Of a stretch of DNA of 59,105 nt, positions 1 through 10,900 are shown piece by piece. The notes under the pieces were generated by a model that did no database searches, was not told the DNA's origin, and was given only the letters and a program-made list of their open reading frames with translations. This DNA is from an uncultured Gammaproteobacteria bacterium (GTDB taxonomy: Bacteria; Patescibacteriota; Patescibacteriia; 2-01-FULL-39-33), in NCBI GenBank assembly GCA_964536975.1, contig CAZHYS010000004.1, positions 10,760-69,864 on the forward strand, given 5' to 3'. A program made the translations under genes and the position numbers. Each line of letters opens with the position of its first letter. Position 1 is the first letter of the stretch.

Positions 1-147
1 CTGATTGAGGCGGCTGAAAGAGGAAGAAAAGAGGAGGTGGTTTTATACGCGGAACAAGAAATGAACCGGGAGGAAAAAAAGAAAAAACCAGATCAGAATC
101 CGGAGACAATCAAATATTTACGCTCTATCATATTGAGATACAGATAG
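1..147 (+). CDS. 3' end of a hypothetical protein (truncated by window edge)
   Basis: Frame 1 is open from base 1 to TAG at 145-147 (LIEAAERGRKEEVVLY...ILRYR*). No recognisable motif. Confidence 0.45.
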   Translation: MIEAAERGRKEEVVLYAEQEMNREEKKKKPDQNPETIKYLRSIILRYR

Positions 148-193
148 TCGGTTTTGAAACCGGTTTTGCCATAGGAGAAAAGGAGGACTAGCG

Positions 194-493
194 ATGTCAA
201 GAGAAAGGCACTACGTTTGGTATGCTTGCCCAATGGATGATCATACCAATAAAGCGCTTGCCGGATTGCCGGATGTTGAGTTTACCGGCAGCGTGTTGTG
301 CGAAGATGGGCAGAGGAGGGAAATGTGGGAAGTGGGGCGTGCCGTAGTTTCTTCTTTACAGAGGAGTCGCAGTAGCTTGTCGCTCTCTTTCGGTATTTTT
401 GTCCGAGAGGGCGGTAGGAACGCGCCGGCACGGCCGTGGAAATTTGACCGGCGCTCAAAACGGCCGGGAACGAAAAAAGCGAGACCGAAGTAG
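194..493 (+). CDS. Hypothetical protein, 99 aa
   Basis: Strong SD AGGAGG at 181-186, 7 nt before the ATG. Globular-looking core with a basic tail. Confidence 0.7.
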   Translation: MSRERHYVWYACPMDDHTNKALAGLPDVEFTGSVLCEDGQRREMWEVGRAVVSSLQRSRSSLSLSFGIFVREGGRNAPARPWKFDRRSKRPGTKKARPK

Positions 494-523
494 GCCTCGC
501 TTTCCTTTTTGATAATTTGGATT

Positions 524-2035
524 TTATTTTCCCAAGATAATTAGAAAATCAGCGGTGCTGGAAATATTAGTCGGGGCAGTGGAGTTTATCTTGCTGCTGT
601 ATATTTTTTCCAATTCGGTGGCGGTGGCAGGGCAAGTGCCATTTGACAAGTCGTAGATTATAGTGGCCTTGAAATCGTGGTTGATCGCATTCGTGGCTTT
701 TAGTACTTTGAGTCCCAAATTTTCCAGCTTGGTTCTTTCTTGACCGGCCCAGCCCGTCACCCAAGTGCCGTTTTGGATTTCAATGGTTGCTTTTTCCGTT
801 TTATAGTCGGCTATTGCCGGTTCCGGCGCGGTAACTAATTGTTCTTCCGAACTGGTTGCTTTTTCGTCGTTTTTAATCGGTTTAATATCATCCTGATCAT
901 TTTCAGGATTTGTCGTCTGGATATTAGTTGCCAGTGGCGAATCGCCGTCTATATAAAAAATGTTTTGCCATAATTTTGCGATCGTGTCGTAACTGCCTCC
1001 TTTTGGCAGAAGCACATAGGCGCCATTTATCATTGAGGAGTAGAGAAAGTTGTCCGCCGCATCGCTTAATGTTTGGTTGATTATTTTTGTGGTGTCAATG
1101 TCTTTACCGATTTGCGCCAGGCGAACCATTTCCCCGACTTCTAAGTCGGTGATGATGTGATCTTGGTAGGCGTTTAGCAGGCTATTGATTTTACGCGGGC
1201 TGAAAAACGTCTTCACATCAAAAATTTTATCTTTCAGCGCCGCCAAGATTTTTTGTTGCCGTCGACTCCTGGCAAAATCCGATCCCTCAATCCCAATGGC
1301 GTGTCGCGATCGGGCGTATTTTAGAGCCGTCTCGCCATCCATATGTTGAAATCCTTTTTCAATATAAAGAGTCTCATAGCGATTTTCTATTGGAAAGACA
1401 TTCTCTTTTCCTCGAATCGGGTATTCGTAGTCAATAAGGTTTCTTTCTACATCAATATCTACCCCGCCGAATTCATCAATTACTTTTTCAAAACCGTCAA
1501 AGTCTACCGTGACATAGTATTTTATTTCTTCACCCAGAAGATCACTCAGCGCCTTGGCCAATACTTCTCCGCCGCTACCCGGGTTATCTCGTTCAGCATA
1601 AGCATTAACGGCGTTAACTTTTACTTTTCCGTACTTTTCGGTCGCGATATACAAGTCTCGGGGAATGGACATCATTGCTACCTGCTTAGTACTTGGTTTG
1701 TAGCTACCCAAGATGATGGTGTCGGCCAAAGTTCCCCCTTCGTGGCTTTTACCGCCCATGCCAATAAGCAAAATATTTATTCGATCATTGTCCTCTCCAA
1801 TAAGCTGCTTGTCGCCAGCGCCGATAAGTCTTCCCAATTGGCCGATCAAATTAAATTTAGACAGCCCTTTAGCCAAGTCTTCATTGGAAAAAACAATGGA
1901 AGAAGAAAATACCGCCAGGATAACGATAGTAATAATGATTATACTGGCGATTATTTTTTTCAAATTCCGTTTTGGCCGGGATGGCAGTGTCGGTTCGTCG
2001 TTTTTTGACAGGAAGTCAACTTCTAATTTCTCCAT
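524..2035 (-). CDS. LCP (LytR-CpsA-Psr) family cell-wall glycopolymer ligase with C-terminal LytR_C domain
   Basis: N-terminal TM helix; motifs NILLIGMG, ADTIIL, SIPRD, KVNA, DGETALKYARSRH, SDFARSRRQQ; C-terminal IEIQNGT...FLIILGK. Confidence 0.93.
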   Translation of the reverse strand: MEKLEVDFLSKNDEPTLPSRPKRNLKKIIASIIIITIVILAVFSSSIVFSNEDLAKGLSKFNLIGQLGRLIGAGDKQLIGEDNDRINILLIGMGGKSHEGGTLADTIILGSYKPSTKQVAMMSIPRDLYIATEKYGKVKVNAVNAYAERDNPGSGGEVLAKALSDLLGEEIKYYVTVDFDGFEKVIDEFGGVDIDVERNLIDYEYPIRGKENVFPIENRYETLYIEKGFQHMDGETALKYARSRHAIGIEGSDFARSRRQQKILAALKDKIFDVKTFFSPRKINSLLNAYQDHIITDLEVGEMVRLAQIGKDIDTTKIINQTLSDAADNFLYSSMINGAYVLLPKGGSYDTIAKLWQNIFYIDGDSPLATNIQTTNPENDQDDIKPIKNDEKATSSEEQLVTAPEPAIADYKTEKATIEIQNGTWVTGWAGQERTKLENLGLKVLKATNAINHDFKATIIYDLSNGTCPATATELEKIYSSKINSTAPTNISSTADFLIILGK

Positions 2036-2074
2036 TATTCTTCTTTTTTATTGTTATTTTTCAACTCATTATCT

Positions 2075-2103
2075 ATTATAAACCATAACTTGAAATTTGC
2101 CAA
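2075..2103 (-). promoter_or_regulatory. Sigma70-type promoter for the LCP gene
   Basis: Minus strand TTGGCA (2103-2098), 17 nt spacer, TATAAT (2080-2075). Confidence 0.6.
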
Positions 2104-2125
2104 GAAAATATGTTATAACAAAAAC

Positions 2126-2153
2126 TTGCAAAATATGGCTTTTATGATATAAT
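2126..2153 (+). promoter_or_regulatory. Sigma70-type promoter for lepB-hisS-rpsU
   Basis: TTGCAA (2126-2131), 16 nt spacer, extended -10 TGaTATAAT (2145-2153). Confidence 0.55.
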
Positions 2154-2177
2154 TCATTTAATTATTAATAAATCAGG

Positions 2178-2807
2178 GTGTTTGTGGATAATCTTTTGGA
2201 AAATAAAGGCTTGAATTTGGATGAGTTTGATTATAATGGCAGAAATCATAAATCCAAGATAAAAGCAATCGGCGAATTTGTTTGGGAAATGGCCAAGGTG
2301 GCGATAATCTCCTTGGTGATTATCTTGCCGATTAGGTATTTTTTAATTCAGCCGTTTTATGTCAAGGGCGCTTCCATGGAGCCGAATTTTTATGATCATG
2401 AATATTTGATTATTGATGAGATAAGTTATCGATTTGGCGTTCCGGGGCGAGGGGATATTGTGGTTTTCAAATACCCCAAGGATCCGGATCAGTATTTTAT
2501 CAAACGGGTGATTGGCCTGCCGGGCGAGACGGTGGAAGTAAAGAATGATCAAGTTTTGATTGATGGCCAACCACTGGCAGAAAATTATTTGTCTGAAGGC
2601 GTGTCTACTCGGGTGTCGGTTGGCGGATATGAAAAAGTGACATTAGAAGATGATGAGTATTTCCTTTTGGGAGACAATCGCGAACAGAGTCTTGATTCCC
2701 GGGTGTTCGGACCGGTTAAGGCGGATTTCATCATCGGTCGGACTTGGTTGCGCGGCTGGCCTTTTAATCGTTTGACTATTTTTTATAATCCTGATTATAA
2801 CATCTAA
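2178..2807 (+). CDS. lepB: Signal peptidase I
   Basis: TM helix, then catalytic Ser in GASMEPNF, RGDIVVF, catalytic Lys in FIKRVIGLPGE, and GDNR..SLDSR..G. The GTG start is uncertain. Confidence 0.96.
   Translation: MFVDNLLENKGLNLDEFDYNGRNHKSKIKAIGEFVWEMAKVAIISLVIILPIRYFLIQPFYVKGASMEPNFYDHEYLIIDEISYRFGVPGRGDIVVFKYPKDPDQYFIKRVIGLPGETVEVKNDQVLIDGQPLAENYLSEGVSTRVSVGGYEKVTLEDDEYFLLGDNREQSLDSRVFGPVKADFIIGRTWLRGWPFNRLTIFYNPDYNI
2183..2191 (-). promoter_or_regulatory. Perfect DnaA box (TTATCCACA on - strand)
   Basis: Plus strand reads TGTGGATAA at the lepB 5' end. A single 9-mer can occur by chance. Confidence 0.3.
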
Positions 2808-2822
2808 TTTTTTAATTTTAAC

Positions 2823-4253
2823 ATGTCTCCAAGAATAAAAAACGAAAACAATAAAACATCCGACAAATCAAGCGGCGCAGCACCGGCTAAGCGTGGCCGT
2901 CGCAGCAGTAAGGAATTGTCAACAGTAACTGGCATGCGTGATATCTTGCCCCAAGATCAGAAATATTGGCGGGCGGTAAAAAAAGTGGCGGAAAAGATCG
3001 CCGCTGATTACGGTTATGGACTGATTGATACGCCGATTTTGGAATTTGTTGATCTATTTGTTCGCGGAATCGGCAAGCAGACTGATGTTGTAGAGAAGGA
3101 GATGTTCGGTTTTAAGGATCAGGGCGGCGATGACTTGACTTTACGTCCGGAAGCGACTGCTTCGGTGGTTCGCGCCTATATTCAGCATGGCATGCTTAAT
3201 CAAAGCCAGCCAGTGAAGTTTTTTTATTTGGGGCCGATGTTCCGCCACGAAAAACCACAATCAGGACGCCATCGCCAGTTTTTCCAATTCGGCTTTGAAG
3301 CGCTTGGCGAGACAAACCCGGCTTTGGACGCCCAGCTTATCTTAATGGGCTGGAATGCCCTAAATGAGCTCGGCATAGAATCCGTTATTCAAGTAAACAG
3401 TATTGGTTGCCCGGATTGTCGCGATGAATACCGCAAAGAATTGGTCAAATACTATAAGAGCAAATCCAAATCACTTTGTGAAAATTGCCGCAAAAGATTG
3501 TCTACCAACCCGTTGCGGATTATGGATTGCAAAGAAGACAGTTGTCAGAGCTTGAAGGACGAAGCGCCGCAGATTTTGGATTATCTTGATGATGATTGCA
3601 AAAAACATTTTATGAAGGTGGTGGAATATTTGGATGAATTGGACTTGCCTTATGTCTTGAATCCTTTTATCGTCCGAGGCCTCGATTATTATACGCGAAC
3701 AATTTTTGAATATTGGTCAACTGATGACATTGAAGGCAAGAACGCTTTGGGCGGCGGCGGCCGCTATGATGGTTTGGTCAAAATGCTTGGTGGCAGAGAA
3801 GATACCCCGGCTTGCGGTCTGGCAATCGGGATGGATCGAGTAGTGGCCAAAATGCGAGAGATAAATTCGGATATTAAAGACGATTTACAGCCGGATATAT
3901 TTATCGCGCAAATCGGTGAGGCGGCCAAGAAAAAAGTGATGGTACTTTTTGAGAAGTTGAGAAAATGCGATGACTTAAAGATTGCCCAAGCTTTTTACAA
4001 GGATAATCTGAAAAGCCAGCTGGATTTGGCCAATAAATTAAAAGTGAAGTTTACTTTGATTCTCGGCCAGAAAGAGTTTGGCGATGGAACTATCTTGATC
4101 CGCGATATGGAGGGCGGAATTCAAGAGGAAATCAATTTTAATAAGGTGGAACAGGAATTGAGAAAGCGATTGTCCAAATATAGTATCGGTGGCATTGAAG
4201 TCAAAAACGACGATAAAATAATTAATAAAAACTTAGAAAGTGAGGTGAATTAA
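2823..4253 (+). CDS. hisS: Histidine--tRNA ligase
   Basis: GMRD, LRPEATASVVR, FRHEKPQSGRHRQFFQ, RGLDYYT, GGGRYDGL; basic N-terminal extension. Confidence 0.98.
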   Translation: MSPRIKNENNKTSDKSSGAAPAKRGRRSSKELSTVTGMRDILPQDQKYWRAVKKVAEKIAADYGYGLIDTPILEFVDLFVRGIGKQTDVVEKEMFGFKDQGGDDLTLRPEATASVVRAYIQHGMLNQSQPVKFFYLGPMFRHEKPQSGRHRQFFQFGFEALGETNPALDAQLILMGWNALNELGIESVIQVNSIGCPDCRDEYRKELVKYYKSKSKSLCENCRKRLSTNPLRIMDCKEDSCQSLKDEAPQILDYLDDDCKKHFMKVVEYLDELDLPYVLNPFIVRGLDYYTRTIFEYWSTDDIEGKNALGGGGRYDGLVKMLGGREDTPACGLAIGMDRVVAKMREINSDIKDDLQPDIFIAQIGEAAKKKVMVLFEKLRKCDDLKIAQAFYKDNLKSQLDLANKLKVKFTLILGQKEFGDGTILIRDMEGGIQEEINFNKVEQELRKRLSKYSIGGIEVKNDDKIINKNLESEVN

Positions 4254-4254
4254 A

Positions 4255-4488
4255 GTGGCAGAAGTAAAAAGGAAGAAAGGAGAGACGTTTGAGGCGTTAG
4301 CGCGAAGATTCAATAAAAAAGTGCAGCAGAGCGGACGGCTGATTCAATCCAGGAAAATCCGTTATCATGAATCCAGGAAAAATAAAACCGCGGTCAGAGC
4401 CGCCGCCGCCCGTCGGGACGAGATCAACAAAAAACGAGAATATTTGAAAAAAATAGGCAAATTAGTTGAAGAATCTCCCCGTCGATAA
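4255..4488 (+). CDS. rpsU: 30S ribosomal protein bS21
   Basis: EVKRKKGETFEALARRFNKKVQQSG pattern; located next to yqeY as in the conserved cluster. Confidence 0.9.
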   Translation: MAEVKRKKGETFEALARRFNKKVQQSGRLIQSRKIRYHESRKNKTAVRAAAARRDEINKKREYLKKIGKLVEESPRR

Positions 4489-4507
4489 GAATAACAAATA
4501 ATCGAAA

Positions 4508-4969
4508 GTGATGTCCTTAAATCAGACCATTGAAAAAGATTTTATCGAGGCTTACAAAAATAAGGAAGGAATTCGGTTATCAACGGCGCGGATGCTTAAA
4601 ACCTCCATCTTGAACAAAAAAATAGAGAAAAAGATGGACAAAGATGCCGAGCTTTCTGATGACGAGATTGTTGCTGTGATAAAATCCGAAATCAAAAAAA
4701 GAAAGGATTCCATTGAGGCTTACAATCAAGGGGGTCGAATGGATTTGTCCGAAAAGGAAGAACAGGAAATAAAAGTGTTGGAAAAATATCTACCAGAGCA
4801 GATGTCGGCCCAACAATTGGAACAAATTGTCAGTCAGCAAGCAACTGAATTGGGCATATCTACGCCGGCCGGTTTTGGCAAGTTAATGGGGGCAGTAATG
4901 GCAAAGGTCGGCAGCAAAGCCGATGGCCAGACTGTTTCCACCTTGATAAAAAAATATTTAGATCGGTAA
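4508..4969 (+). CDS. yqeY: GatB/YqeY domain protein
   Basis: IKKRKDSIEAY..GGR.DL.EKE..EI.VL.KYLPEQMS and GKLMGAVM motifs. Confidence 0.93.
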   Translation: MMSLNQTIEKDFIEAYKNKEGIRLSTARMLKTSILNKKIEKKMDKDAELSDDEIVAVIKSEIKKRKDSIEAYNQGGRMDLSEKEEQEIKVLEKYLPEQMSAQQLEQIVSQQATELGISTPAGFGKLMGAVMAKVGSKADGQTVSTLIKKYLDR

Positions 4970-4990
4970 TTAAAACCGATACAAATTCCC

Positions 4991-7936
4991 ATGCGCTTAA
5001 CTTCTTTTTCATTAAGGAAGAACAATTATTACAGAAAAACCGCCAACCTGCTCTTTTGGGGCATGGTTTTGGTGGTTTTTTTGTTTTTATTGCCGGCCGT
5101 GGCCATGGCCGAAACTGGTCCGTTGGAAAATTATGGTTTGGAGGCCGCTTCAGAATTTGGTCTTGGTTCAGCCGGATTAGTAGAAACTATTACTAGAATC
5201 ATCCAAGTAATTTTAGGGGTCTTGGGAATTTTGGCGGTTTTATTGATTCTGTACGCCGGTTATATTTGGATGACTGCCGGGGGCGACGGCGCTAAGGTAG
5301 AAAAAGCGAAAAAAGTAATAATTAACGCCACAATTGGCTTGGTGATTATTTTTTCCGCTTTTGCGATAGTTTCTTTTGTCATCAGTCAGCTGTGGGGTGG
5401 CAATGGCGAATCTAGCGGCGGTCCTCATCCCGGCGGTTATGATGATTTATCGCGCTGGGGCATTGGTGCTGGTCCGATTCAGAGCGTCTATCCGGCGCCG
5501 AACCAGCGCGATGTGCCGATAAATACTTGGATTGCAGTCACTTTTAAAGAAGAAGTTGTCCCGGCCAGTATTTGTAATGTCGGTGAAGTCGGGGAAAACA
5601 ATAAATGCGATGGCGATACCATGCTGAATATTGACATTTGTAAGCTCGGCGCTGACAATTTTTGTGAAACAGGAACAGATTTTTCTACCGACAAATTTGT
5701 TGGCTCTACCGTTTTTCAAACCGCCGATGCCAAAACCTTCGTAATCACGCCAAAAATTTATCTTGGCTTGGAAGATCGTCAGGACCGGGAATTTATGGTT
5801 ACCCTCAAAGAAGGAATTTCCCGCGCTGCTGACGGAGAGCCAATTCTGGAGAGGTTGGTTAGTCGGCAATTTACCTGGTCGTTTTTTACTAATGGCGAAT
5901 TGGATCTTGACCCGCCGGAAGTTCTTAGCGCTACCGGAGGAGTCTCGCCCGCGCCGGATGACAGCGCGGATAGCTATAGCGCCGCTTCTAATCCGACCCC
6001 GACTGTTTTTACTTATCAAATTTCCGATCAGACAAACATAATTTCTGAAGTTGCCGCTGCCTTTACTCAGCCGGCGGCCTTGGTTGTTGGTTCACCATCA
6101 GCCACGATTTCTGGAAATTACGGCGGTTCGGCTAGCGGTTTAGTAACGGTGACCATTGGTCCAAGCGGCGATACAGTCTCAGTTGATTGGCCATCAGGCA
6201 TGCAAGACTACGGCGGGTCTTATGGTGGCGGACAGATAGTCAACATCGGTCCTTATGGTTTGACTTTTTCTTTGGCGTCAGTAGCAACTGCGGGAAACTC
6301 CTGGCAATTTTCTGTTACCGCTTATCGAGCCGGAGATTATATTGAACTTTTGGCCGGCTCTTCCTCGGTAAAAAAGTATTTATTCGGCCGGGAAATTATC
6401 ATAGGCGCCACCGCGGCGGCTACCACTGCCAACATCACTTCCGCGATTATTAATCAGAGCGGCGATATTTTTACCGCCGAAGGGACCAATATGGTTGCTA
6501 CTAGAGAGACTGGAGAAAATAGCGTTAGATATTCATTGAAATTTATTTTTTCCGGTTCGGTGCCGTATGTATTAGAAAAAGACGATGGCTTAAGCTCCAC
6601 CCAAACCAGGACGACGGTCGGAAGACCCGATGCTTATCGTAATCAATTATTTGAAATAGAGTTTAATGAACCAATCAACCCCATTGCCATTGATAATATC
6701 GTCGTTAAGTATGATCGCAATTCTGATGGTGATTTTGACGATTCGGAAGATATTTTAAGCGATATTTGGATGGAGATGTCCAGTGATTATCGGACGATTG
6801 GTTTGCGCGGGTCAATAGAATGCGGGGTTAATACCTGTGGCGAAAGAATTTATTGCTGGCCGATGCGTGATGGCGCTTCTGATAGTGGCGCTTCCACTCA
6901 ATATCAAGTGGAAATTTCCGCCAACACTCTAATGGATTGCAGTGACCCTCGTTGTGCTCAATGGCAAGGAAGCTGTGTTGGCGGTAGTGATAACCGGTGT
7001 GCCCGTGATATTTACGGCAAAACCGTTTTTTATCCCGGCGTTAATTCCAACCTAAGTACAATTGACGGCATCATTGATTTAGCCGGGAACTCCTTCAATG
7101 GCAGTTTTGATTCTTATGAGGAAAACGGCAAGGCATATGGTTTGGCCAACGGACCAAAGAGTTTTTATGATCTAAATCTGTCAAATCCATTATTCAATCC
7201 TTCAAATCCGGAGCAGGGAGGTTTTGGCGACAATTTCCGTTGGAGTTTTTGGGTGTCCAGCGACGTTGATCGCCAAGCGCCTCTAATAAAAGGAATCGGA
7301 CCGGAGAGTATGATCGGCGGCGCCATGACGGCTGATTTTGATCAAAGCGTTGATGTTTCTTTTGACCGGTTAATGCGAAGCGCGACTTTAAAGCCCGGTT
7401 GGAATTACGGTTCAAAAGATGACGAAAAAACCAGAACGACCCGCTATTTGGCGCTTAGCACTTTGACTTCCGGCGCCAACGCAGTCGGTTTTTGGATTAA
7501 TAAAGAAAATTACGACGAGAACAATGATCGCTGGCCTGACTATACTGTCGCTTCCATTGGCCATCATGTTTTGGATGAATATATTAGTTATGCTCCACTG
7601 GCAGGTTCGGGAATAGAATCAATTACCCAGAACTGTTTTTTGCCTAGCGCCGGTCCGGAAGATGCCGGGATAGGAGTTTGCGAATATACTGGCGAAGAAG
7701 CAAAGACCGGCTGCGTTGGCGTCCATTTGCCCAACCCGGCTTCTTATGGTTATTTAAATTGCAATGAAATAGCTGATGCGTCTGTTTGCACCAATCCAGA
7801 TTTTACCTGTCAGCCGCTATATGCCGGAGCCAGCGAGGAGGTCTCCGGTAGCTGGGTGATTACCAGAGATCATCCGTCAGCTGATCCGGCTACCGGTCGA
7901 ACCGGTTGTTGTTTTGGCAAGTGCCAGGAACAATAA
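4991..7936 (+). CDS. 981-aa surface protein: signal peptide, VirB2/TrbC-like (T4SS_pilin) module, SbsA/Big_5-type Ig-like domains, Cys-rich segments
   Basis: PAVAMA|E SPase I site; two-TM pilin module GYIWMTAGGD..KVEKAKKVI.NATIGLVII; Ig-like repeats (VYPAPNQRDVP..WIAVTFKE...FTWSFFT; IEFNEPINP; VSFDRLM). Confidence 0.8.
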   Translation: MRLTSFSLRKNNYYRKTANLLFWGMVLVVFLFLLPAVAMAETGPLENYGLEAASEFGLGSAGLVETITRIIQVILGVLGILAVLLILYAGYIWMTAGGDGAKVEKAKKVIINATIGLVIIFSAFAIVSFVISQLWGGNGESSGGPHPGGYDDLSRWGIGAGPIQSVYPAPNQRDVPINTWIAVTFKEEVVPASICNVGEVGENNKCDGDTMLNIDICKLGADNFCETGTDFSTDKFVGSTVFQTADAKTFVITPKIYLGLEDRQDREFMVTLKEGISRAADGEPILERLVSRQFTWSFFTNGELDLDPPEVLSATGGVSPAPDDSADSYSAASNPTPTVFTYQISDQTNIISEVAAAFTQPAALVVGSPSATISGNYGGSASGLVTVTIGPSGDTVSVDWPSGMQDYGGSYGGGQIVNIGPYGLTFSLASVATAGNSWQFSVTAYRAGDYIELLAGSSSVKKYLFGREIIIGATAAATTANITSAIINQSGDIFTAEGTNMVATRETGENSVRYSLKFIFSGSVPYVLEKDDGLSSTQTRTTVGRPDAYRNQLFEIEFNEPINPIAIDNIVVKYDRNSDGDFDDSEDILSDIWMEMSSDYRTIGLRGSIECGVNTCGERIYCWPMRDGASDSGASTQYQVEISANTLMDCSDPRCAQWQGSCVGGSDNRCARDIYGKTVFYPGVNSNLSTIDGIIDLAGNSFNGSFDSYEENGKAYGLANGPKSFYDLNLSNPLFNPSNPEQGGFGDNFRWSFWVSSDVDRQAPLIKGIGPESMIGGAMTADFDQSVDVSFDRLMRSATLKPGWNYGSKDDEKTRTTRYLALSTLTSGANAVGFWINKENYDENNDRWPDYTVASIGHHVLDEYISYAPLAGSGIESITQNCFLPSAGPEDAGIGVCEYTGEEAKTGCVGVHLPNPASYGYLNCNEIADASVCTNPDFTCQPLYAGASEEVSGSWVITRDHPSADPATGRTGCCFGKCQEQ

Positions 7937-7941
7937 AATAA

Positions 7942-10900
7942 ATGAAAAATTTAAATAAAAAAAATAAAAGATTGACTGGACTGGCGGTTTTGCTGGTAGT
8001 GTTTATTGCGGTTCTCTATTTTATCGTTCCAGCCGCTCTGGCGGATGATGGCAGTCTGGAGAATTACGGCCTGGACGCCGCGTCAGGATTCGGTCTTGGC
8101 TCAGCCGGATTAGTGGAAACAATAGGCAATATCATTAAGATATTTCTTGGCTTACTTGGAATTTTGGCGGTTTTATTAGTCTGCTATGGCGGATATTTGT
8201 GGATGACTGCTTCCGGCGATTCCGCTCAAATTGAGAAGGCAAAGAAAATAATTATTGCCGCCGTTATTGGCCTGGTCATTATTTTTTCCGCTTTTGCCAT
8301 TGCTAGCTTTGTCATCAATCAGATTTCCAACGCTACTGGCGCTGATGGCGGCGATGGTGGCGGTGGTACCAATCCCCCTACTCCTTGGGAATTAAATAGC
8401 AAATATTCTTATATCGGCGGTGTTAAGGATGAGACGATTGGCGAGGACGGTTGGTCAAGAAGTATCGGCTGGAATTATGCCGGTGATTTAAGCATTCCCG
8501 CCAGTGCCGGTCTGGAGACTAAAGGTTATGCCAAAGATACAAATAATACAATCGGAACAATGGAGTTTCATGCCACCCCCGATTCGGGTAGTGGCTTTAG
8601 TCTGATTAGTAATTTTAACATTCCTACCGATCGCAATGTCATTATTGATGTGTACGCGCCTTGGGATACTTCCGCTCTTAATGTTGGCGCTAATCCCCTG
8701 GCCAAGATAATGGTGTCGGCGGCCAGTGACAACTTTGAATCAAAGGCGGTCAGTACTATCGTCCGACCGATTCACTGCTTTAATAATATCCAAGATGTGG
8801 CTAGCGGCGAAACCGGTGTTGATTGCGGCGGCGAGTGCGGCGCTTGCGCCGGCGCTCCCTGCGACGCTGATACTGCCACTCCCGTCTGCGACGCTGATAA
8901 TTCCGTTTGTGCCAATGGAGTTTGTGATATTGATGCTGGCTGTATTTGTGCTCAGCTGCCAGAAATTCTTTATATTTCTCCGGCCAGCGATCCAAACAAT
9001 GACACCAATTATGACGATCCTTCCACCTGGGACGATGACGTCGCTAATGGCGCGCCCGGAAATTACATTACCATTTGGGGCAGATATTTCGGCGATGAGC
9101 CAGGTGAAGTAAGGTTTAATGATCAGTTAGCTGATTTAACTCTTAAAGATGGTTGCGATGATACTTGGAATTACTATCAGATAGTCGTAGAAGTGCCTAA
9201 TTTATCTGCTGGTGATTATAATGTCCAAGTTTTCAATGAATACGGCCTAGGGAGTAATGCCAAGATTTTTACTATCAATAATATCAATAGGCCGGGAATT
9301 TGCAGCGCTTATAATTTGACCAAATATAATTCTTCCGCGATCAAAGTCAGTTCTGGCAAGGATGGAGAAGAAGTCGCTGCCATTGGTAATAGTTTTCCGA
9401 CTACCGATGCGGCCGGAGATTTCTTTTGGTATTTCAGCACTCGGACTTTTGATAATGCGAGTCAGACTTGGTCCTATAATCTTGTTGAACACAACAATCA
9501 AAACACGGCCTGGAATTGGGATGGCGATAATAATGCTAAAGATTATGTCCCGACCAATCGGCGCGGCCGGAGTAGTATCAGGGTTTATAATATTGGCAGC
9601 AGTCAATACAGTAATTATTTCAAATTTTTAGTCAGTCCGGGAGCAGCCGGTGATCCTTGCGGTTATGATAGCGGTTTATGCTCGTTGGATTTTGACACTT
9701 GCCAAGAGGGATTATCTTGTAGCGGTGAAACTTGTGCCTGTCAGGAAACGCCGAATATCTGCGGTGATAATCTATTGGGTTCTCAGGAGTCTTGCGATAT
9801 TATAAATGGGAGCTACCGTTTCCATGAAAATAAAGCGTTATGCAGTGATTATAATCTGGGCGCCGGCCAGGTCAGTTGTACTAATAACTGCCAACTGGAC
9901 ATTTCCAAATGCGAGTTTTCTGGTGAGCTGGCCGCGCCAGCCAGCCAGTCAATTTATACTTGGTATTTTTTCACTGGTTATGACGATGATCCCCAGCCAT
10001 ATGTGATTGAGGATTGCAGTCGCAATCGGGAGTGCTCTGTCGGAGCAAAATTGCCAAGTCCCACGCCGTGGAGCGAAGGTTGGAACAAACAGAATTATCC
10101 TTATTATGATATTGATAATCCTTTATCTTGTCTGGATGTGATTGTGTCTGCCAGATTTAATGTTCAAATGGATCCCAAGACAATCAATAGTGATAATATA
10201 AAAGTTTTGAAGTGCGATAATATTGAAGGGAGCAATTGTATTGAAGTAGCTGGCAATTTACGTTTGGTCAGCGACAATAGTGGCAAAGAAGATGACTATT
10301 TCCGTTTTTCGCCCGCCAATCCTTTGTCACCGAATTCTTGGTATAAGGTAGTTTTGCGTAACGGTCTTAATAGCTTGACCGGTAAGAGTTTCCGTTTTAA
10401 TGAGAGCGACGCCGAAAAAGTGGATCATCGTCATTGTCAGATAGCCGGTGTTAATGGTGGCAGTTATAACATTACTGACTCGGTTTATTGCTGGAATTTC
10501 CAAACCCGGTCAAGCAATGATTGCGAACCGGGTTGCGCGGAGTGTTCTCCTGATCCCCATACAATGTATTGGCCGCTATCTACTACAGGTTACTTGGCTG
10601 ACATTGATAGTGATGACAACGTTTGTTTACTGCTTGATCCAGCTGATTATAGTTGGAATTGGAGTACTGATAAATCAGCCAAGCTCGGTATTAATGAGTC
10701 AAACGAGTCTGCCACGGCGGTCGCTATCGGTGAAACTATTTATGACAAGCCAAATCCTTATGCGTCATTATTCGCTGAGATGGTTGGTTATGGCAAAAAG
10801 GATTTTTGTCGCGCTTATAATGATTTTACCAATCCAATCGTAATGGAGGACGCTTCCTGTTCCAGTGGCAATATTCAAAGTCCGACTCCTTGGAAGGATT

